From: a virus
Taxonomy: Duplodnaviria; Caudoviricetes
Direction: 5' to 3' (one strand)
Length of the DNA stretch: 64,000 nucleotides
IMG/VR virus record: IMGVR_UViG_3300032030_000005
Location: 128,001 to 192,000 of that record
A model generated the notes under the pieces. It was given only the letters and a program-made list of their open reading frames with translations. It did not search any database and had not been told where the DNA came from. This document shows, in pieces, positions 59,795-64,000 of the stretch. Made by a program: the position numbers and the translations under genes. How positions within the stretch are numbered: the first letter of the stretch is position 1; every line of letters begins with the position of its first letter.

Positions 59795-62788
59795 ATGGCT
59801 ACATTGAATATAAGTTCTATTTCTAGTGGACAATATTCTGATATGGTTAATTCAGTAGCATCTACTAGTTCAAATAAAGTATTATTAGATAATATATCCA
59901 ACTATTATAACTATAAAGACATTATACATTTTCCAATGAGCTTTTTAAGGAAATATGAGAATATTCTTAAGTCTAATTTAATGGATTATAAAATAACTAA
60001 ATCAAGATTCTATAGACCAGAATATGTATCATGGGATGTATATGGTACTACAGATCTTTGGTATTTAGTATTATTCGTTAATGATTTAACAAATCCAATG
60101 GAATTAAACTTTGAAGATATTAAATTACCTAATTCATATTATATTATGGAAATTATTAATAAGTTAAAGATGATTGATAATATCAATAATGATAAAAGAA
60201 ATCCTACTAATTTAGTACAAAGTTTAATTAAAGATATTAATTCTTCTTCAAATAAAATATTTAAAGATACTGAAGTATCTAATGCTTTTGTACCAGATCC
60301 TACATTATATTGGAAAGATGATACAGAATTATTTGATGGTACATATCTTAAAATTCAATTTGGAGAATTAGAAAGAGATTATTATAAATGTAAAGATACC
60401 AATCAAATAAAACAGTCACATAATAATTTTGGATTTATTCCTAACTTAGAAATGTATAAAGTATTATCTACTAAATATCGTGATAATCCTTATATGGTTT
60501 TAACTAAAAATTTTGATAGTAACACAAAATATTATATCATGAAAAGATATGCTGGTATAATGAATTTAAATATTACAAGCAAATCTGATGAAGGATTAAA
60601 ATATAAATATAATAAAAATATCTTAGTTAACAGTAAAGTAGATATGGCTCCGACTATATTAACATATGATTTAAGAGAAGCTTGTATAGCACCAGAATAT
60701 CTTACTGAATGTTTAGTATTAAAATTTGAAGATAAAGTATATGAGCCAGAAATACTTAAAGATGATAATGGAAAAGAATATTATGGTATAACTATTGATG
60801 ATCATGATTTTGAAATATTATATGATGGTACAGCTTATTATATTGAATATGAAAACACAGAAGATGAAAGAAGCATTATACTTTTAGAGAATAAAGATGA
60901 TGCTTGTATATTCCATTCTGCTAATGAATGGAAGCTTAATGATTCTGAATCACCATTAATAAGATTAGATGAATTAAGTGAAAATCTTTATTTTAATGAA
61001 GAATACCTTTATAAAAATGGTGAATATGTATATAACCTTAAATATACTAATAGTAACTTAGATAACTTAAATAATATTAGATATCGTATTGATGTTGATA
61101 GAGATCTTAAGTCTAACAGTAATAAATTAAGTAAATATGAATTCTTAGGTGTAGAATTTGAAGTAGGTATAAGTTATACAAATAGTAATATAGATGATTT
61201 AAAAAAGATTATATCTTTCTCACCATTATCAATTACTGTAGTATTAGAAGATCTAAATGATGATGGTAAGAATATTGAATATACATTCTCATATCCTTAT
61301 GGTATAAATGATATAGATGTTGATACTAGCCATCCAGCACATAATTATTTAAATGATTATATAGATGAAGTTAATAATTCAGAATATAATCAAACTAGCT
61401 TATATAAATATAAAAAGATAATTCCAATTATTAAAAACTTTAGAGATAAAGAACACTTAAAGATTAAAAAATTATTAATTGGTCCTCATGTAGAAAGAAC
61501 TAGTGATGATGGTTTTATGGGAGAACTTATTATAAGTTGTGGTAAAATAAAATTATTTGGATTACAATATGAAGATATTATAACTGAATTCATGACTCCT
61601 GAAGCAACCGTTGAAAATATGGATTTTGATATTACATATAATTACACAACTACAGGTACTAAATATTCTGATCCAAAAGAAACTACATATTTTGAACCAT
61701 ACATAGTTCCAGATGTAGATGATATAATGTATTTATTATCAGATGAAAATAATTTAGATCATAATAAATATTCTAATTTAATAATGAATGAAATGTTAAC
61801 TGAAAATATTCATTCAGAACATTTAGAAGATAAAGATGAAAAAGAAAATGATAATGATAATAGTATTGATAAATTTATTGGATATGATTTTTATACTGAA
61901 AATACTTCAGATAGACATATAGATAATAAGTATTCATATAATGATTATATAACAGCTAGACTATATAATGCAGATAACACTAAATTTAATTTAGCAGATA
62001 ATTATAAGCTTGATATTAAATTAATATTTGATGAAGAAAGTTATAAAAATAATAAGAAATATTTAAATGGTTATAATATAGATGAAACAGATAATAAACA
62101 TTTCTTCCATAATAATATTCAATTCTTATTTAATATAGTTGATAAAAATAATTATTATTTACTTAATTTTGGTGAGTATAAGTATTTAACCAATAACTCT
62201 TCAAGAAAAAATGATCCTGACTCTAAATATCATAATAATAATACTTTCTTATCTAACTTTAATTCTTATCCTATAGAGATAGATTTAAAAGAAAATAAAG
62301 TTGATTATATCAAGTTTAGAAATATGTTTGTTAATGAAAATAATACTATAGAAAGACATATTATATATACTAAAGTTGATAATATGGTATATTCTATGCC
62401 GGGTGGTTTATATAAATCAATATATGGAGAAGGAACTAGAAAATATTCTCCTTATTCTTATATAAAGAATTTCTATTTCTCATGTTATCCTATAGATCAA
62501 TCAAATGTATTATCTAACTATTATCATGATATGATTCAATATAATACTATATCATTAAATACATCAAATGAAATAACTATGCCAAAACGTAATATATATT
62601 TATCAATACGAAAATCTCATTCAAATTTTAATATTTATTATAAACTTACTAAAAAAGATAATTATAAATTGTTATATAGCTTTAGTGATTCTTATAAACC
62701 ATTTAGCAATGGTACTATAGGTTTTAATTTTATAAATAATCTTCCTTTCAATAAACTTGAGATATTATCTTATAAAGTTAATAAGTAA
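59795..62788 (+). CDS. Baseplate-wedge (T4 gp53/LysM-like N-terminal domain) protein with a long C-terminal extension
   Basis: YRPEYVSWDVYGTTDLWYLVLFVND motif; AACA-N6-TA at 59751. Confidence 0.7.
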   Translation: MATLNISSISSGQYSDMVNSVASTSSNKVLLDNISNYYNYKDIIHFPMSFLRKYENILKSNLMDYKITKSRFYRPEYVSWDVYGTTDLWYLVLFVNDLTNPMELNFEDIKLPNSYYIMEIINKLKMIDNINNDKRNPTNLVQSLIKDINSSSNKIFKDTEVSNAFVPDPTLYWKDDTELFDGTYLKIQFGELERDYYKCKDTNQIKQSHNNFGFIPNLEMYKVLSTKYRDNPYMVLTKNFDSNTKYYIMKRYAGIMNLNITSKSDEGLKYKYNKNILVNSKVDMAPTILTYDLREACIAPEYLTECLVLKFEDKVYEPEILKDDNGKEYYGITIDDHDFEILYDGTAYYIEYENTEDERSIILLENKDDACIFHSANEWKLNDSESPLIRLDELSENLYFNEEYLYKNGEYVYNLKYTNSNLDNLNNIRYRIDVDRDLKSNSNKLSKYEFLGVEFEVGISYTNSNIDDLKKIISFSPLSITVVLEDLNDDGKNIEYTFSYPYGINDIDVDTSHPAHNYLNDYIDEVNNSEYNQTSLYKYKKIIPIIKNFRDKEHLKIKKLLIGPHVERTSDDGFMGELIISCGKIKLFGLQYEDIITEFMTPEATVENMDFDITYNYTTTGTKYSDPKETTYFEPYIVPDVDDIMYLLSDENNLDHNKYSNLIMNEMLTENIHSEHLEDKDEKENDNDNSIDKFIGYDFYTENTSDRHIDNKYSYNDYITARLYNADNTKFNLADNYKLDIKLIFDEESYKNNKKYLNGYNIDETDNKHFFHNNIQFLFNIVDKNNYYLLNFGEYKYLTNNSSRKNDPDSKYHNNNTFLSNFNSYPIEIDLKENKVDYIKFRNMFVNENNTIERHIIYTKVDNMVYSMPGGLYKSIYGEGTRKYSPYSYIKNFYFSCYPIDQSNVLSNYYHDMIQYNTISLNTSNEITMPKRNIYLSIRKSHSNFNIYYKLTKKDNYKLLYSFSDSYKPFSNGTIGFNFINNLPFNKLEILSYKVNK

Positions 62789-62883
62789 ATTATATTTATA
62801 TATTATATATTTGGTTTAATAAGCAATTATTAAACATAAATATATCAATATATTGCTCAAGGAAATATTAGAAAGGATAAATT

Positions 62884-63684
62884 ATGAAAGTAATTAGAAA
62901 AATGATTAATAAGATTAAGAGAAATTTTAAAATTGACACATTTGTAATAGCTCTTACTCTTACAGTCATGATAGTATTTTTGGTATATAATTTTAGAGCT
63001 CCAGAGTTAAGTGATCACTCATATATGGAAGCTGCTAAAATAATGCCAGTTACTACTAATGAAACTAGTTTAGTTTCTAGTATCACAACAAGCAATACAA
63101 ATACAACATTCACTACAACAATGAGTCCAGTCACTACAACTTCTATAGAAACAACAACTGCTATGACAACTACAGTCATTGAAACAACAATTGTTGAAGA
63201 AATCCCCGTACCTGAAATAGTTGTTGAAGAAAATAACTATGTAGAAGAACCACCTATCGAAGAAAATGTTTATATTCCAGAGGAAGAACCAGAAGAAGAA
63301 GTTTTTTATGAAGAAGAGGTTATAGTAGAACCTGAAGAAGTCATAGAAGAAATTTCTGACTCTGATAAACATTTATTAGCAGAAATTGTTTTCTTTGAAG
63401 CAGGTAGTGATTGGATATCTATTTATGATAAGGCCCAAATTGTAAATGGTGTTATGAATCGAGTAAATGATTCTAGATTTCCAGATACAATTTATGATGT
63501 TCTTACACAGCCTTATCAGTTTTCGGGATTCTGGCCAGGTATGTATGACTATGGCACACAGTATGGTCCAATAACATTAGCATGCTATGATGCTGTAGAT
63601 TATTACTTTGAACATAAATCAGAGTTTGGTAATGAAAATTCATGGTATGGTGATGGATATCAAAATCACTTTTACTATCAGTGA
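62884..63684 (+). CDS. Membrane-anchored SleB/CwlJ-family (Hydrolase_2) cell wall hydrolase
   Basis: N-terminal TM helix, Thr-rich then Glu/Pro-rich linker, LLAEIVFFEAG..VMNRVNDSRFPDTIYDVLTQPYQFS. Confidence 0.85.
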   Translation: MKVIRKMINKIKRNFKIDTFVIALTLTVMIVFLVYNFRAPELSDHSYMEAAKIMPVTTNETSLVSSITTSNTNTTFTTTMSPVTTTSIETTTAMTTTVIETTIVEEIPVPEIVVEENNYVEEPPIEENVYIPEEEPEEEVFYEEEVIVEPEEVIEEISDSDKHLLAEIVFFEAGSDWISIYDKAQIVNGVMNRVNDSRFPDTIYDVLTQPYQFSGFWPGMYDYGTQYGPITLACYDAVDYYFEHKSEFGNENSWYGDGYQNHFYYQ

Positions 63685-63811
63685 GAATATAAGAAAAGCA
63701 TATTGTTAAGAAGATTGCATAATATATGTAAAATTTAAATCTTCTTAAAAATATTTGTCTTGAGCTTATAAAACTAAAATATATTGATATAAAAAATATG
63801 CGGAAAAGAAG

Positions 63812-63849
63812 TGTTAAACCCTGTTGGGGTTTAACAGCTTTTTTTTTTT
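63812..63849 (+). terminator. Intrinsic terminator
   Basis: TGTTAAACCC-tgttg-GGGTTTAACA plus long T tract. Confidence 0.75.
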
Positions 63850-63911
63850 CTAAATTTTTATATAACAAAAATATATCAATATATTGCTCTCAAATATTGG
63901 AAAGGAATATT

Positions 63912-64000
63912 ATGATAAATTTTGAGAATCTAAAAGCAAAAAAGACAAAGTATATTATTGTTATAATATTAATAATAATTATATTAATTGCTTTAATTAT
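63912..64000 (+). CDS. Start of a membrane or secreted protein (3'-truncated)
   Basis: AAAGGA RBS; MINFENLKAKKTKYIIVIILIIIILIALI, a basic then hydrophobic signal anchor. Confidence 0.6.
   Translation, partial: MINFENLKAKKTKYIIVIILIIIILIALI

Noticed and set aside
2694-63868. Short antisense or overlapping ORFs in the track (e.g. 2694, 4954, 8961, 11526, 14816, 17277, 25311, 28533, 36440, 44821, 63070, 63503)
   Set aside because: Shadow frames of well-supported genes, without RBS or recognisable motifs
1-64000. CRISPR array, tRNA, rRNA or tmRNA
   Set aside because: No regularly spaced direct repeats or tRNA-like cloverleafs were seen; the intergenic structures lack T-loop and acceptor-stem signatures
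1-64000. Stop-codon reassignment
   Set aside because: Long genes read through intact in the standard code; the only breaks in core genes are explained by introns

Overview
Very AT-rich, gene-dense segment of a jumbo bacteriophage of the phiKZ/AR9(PBS1)-like supergroup. The host is probably an anaerobic Firmicute, judging from class III RNR, strong Gram-positive-type RBSs, BspA-like repeats and a SleB-type hydrolase. The window holds two beta'-N subunits of multisubunit RNA polymerases (one intact with NADYDGD, one split inside DFDG|D by a group I intron) and a terminase large subunit split by a second group I intron. It also encodes four related zinc-ribbon/Vsr-like homing endonucleases, DnaB, SbcD, NrdD, RNase H, a guanylate-kinase-like enzyme, virion/baseplate proteins (one of 3577 aa) and cell-wall proteins. 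Two recurrent promoter motifs (TATATATTAT and AAC[ATG]-N6-TA) and a family of CCCT(T/A)AAG hairpin terminators organise the genes. Most notable unexplained signals: (1) a portable acidic N-terminal leader (F-L/M-EGY-x-D-A/G...E) on four unrelated cargo domains, a candidate capsid-packaging propeptide system; (2) a ~260-nt intergenic structured RNA with a 5' pseudoknot and twin CUGCAG palindromic loops; (3) two more candidate early sRNAs; (4) an array of unannotated hydrophobic micropeptides. All calls are by eye from the sequence; no database search was run.
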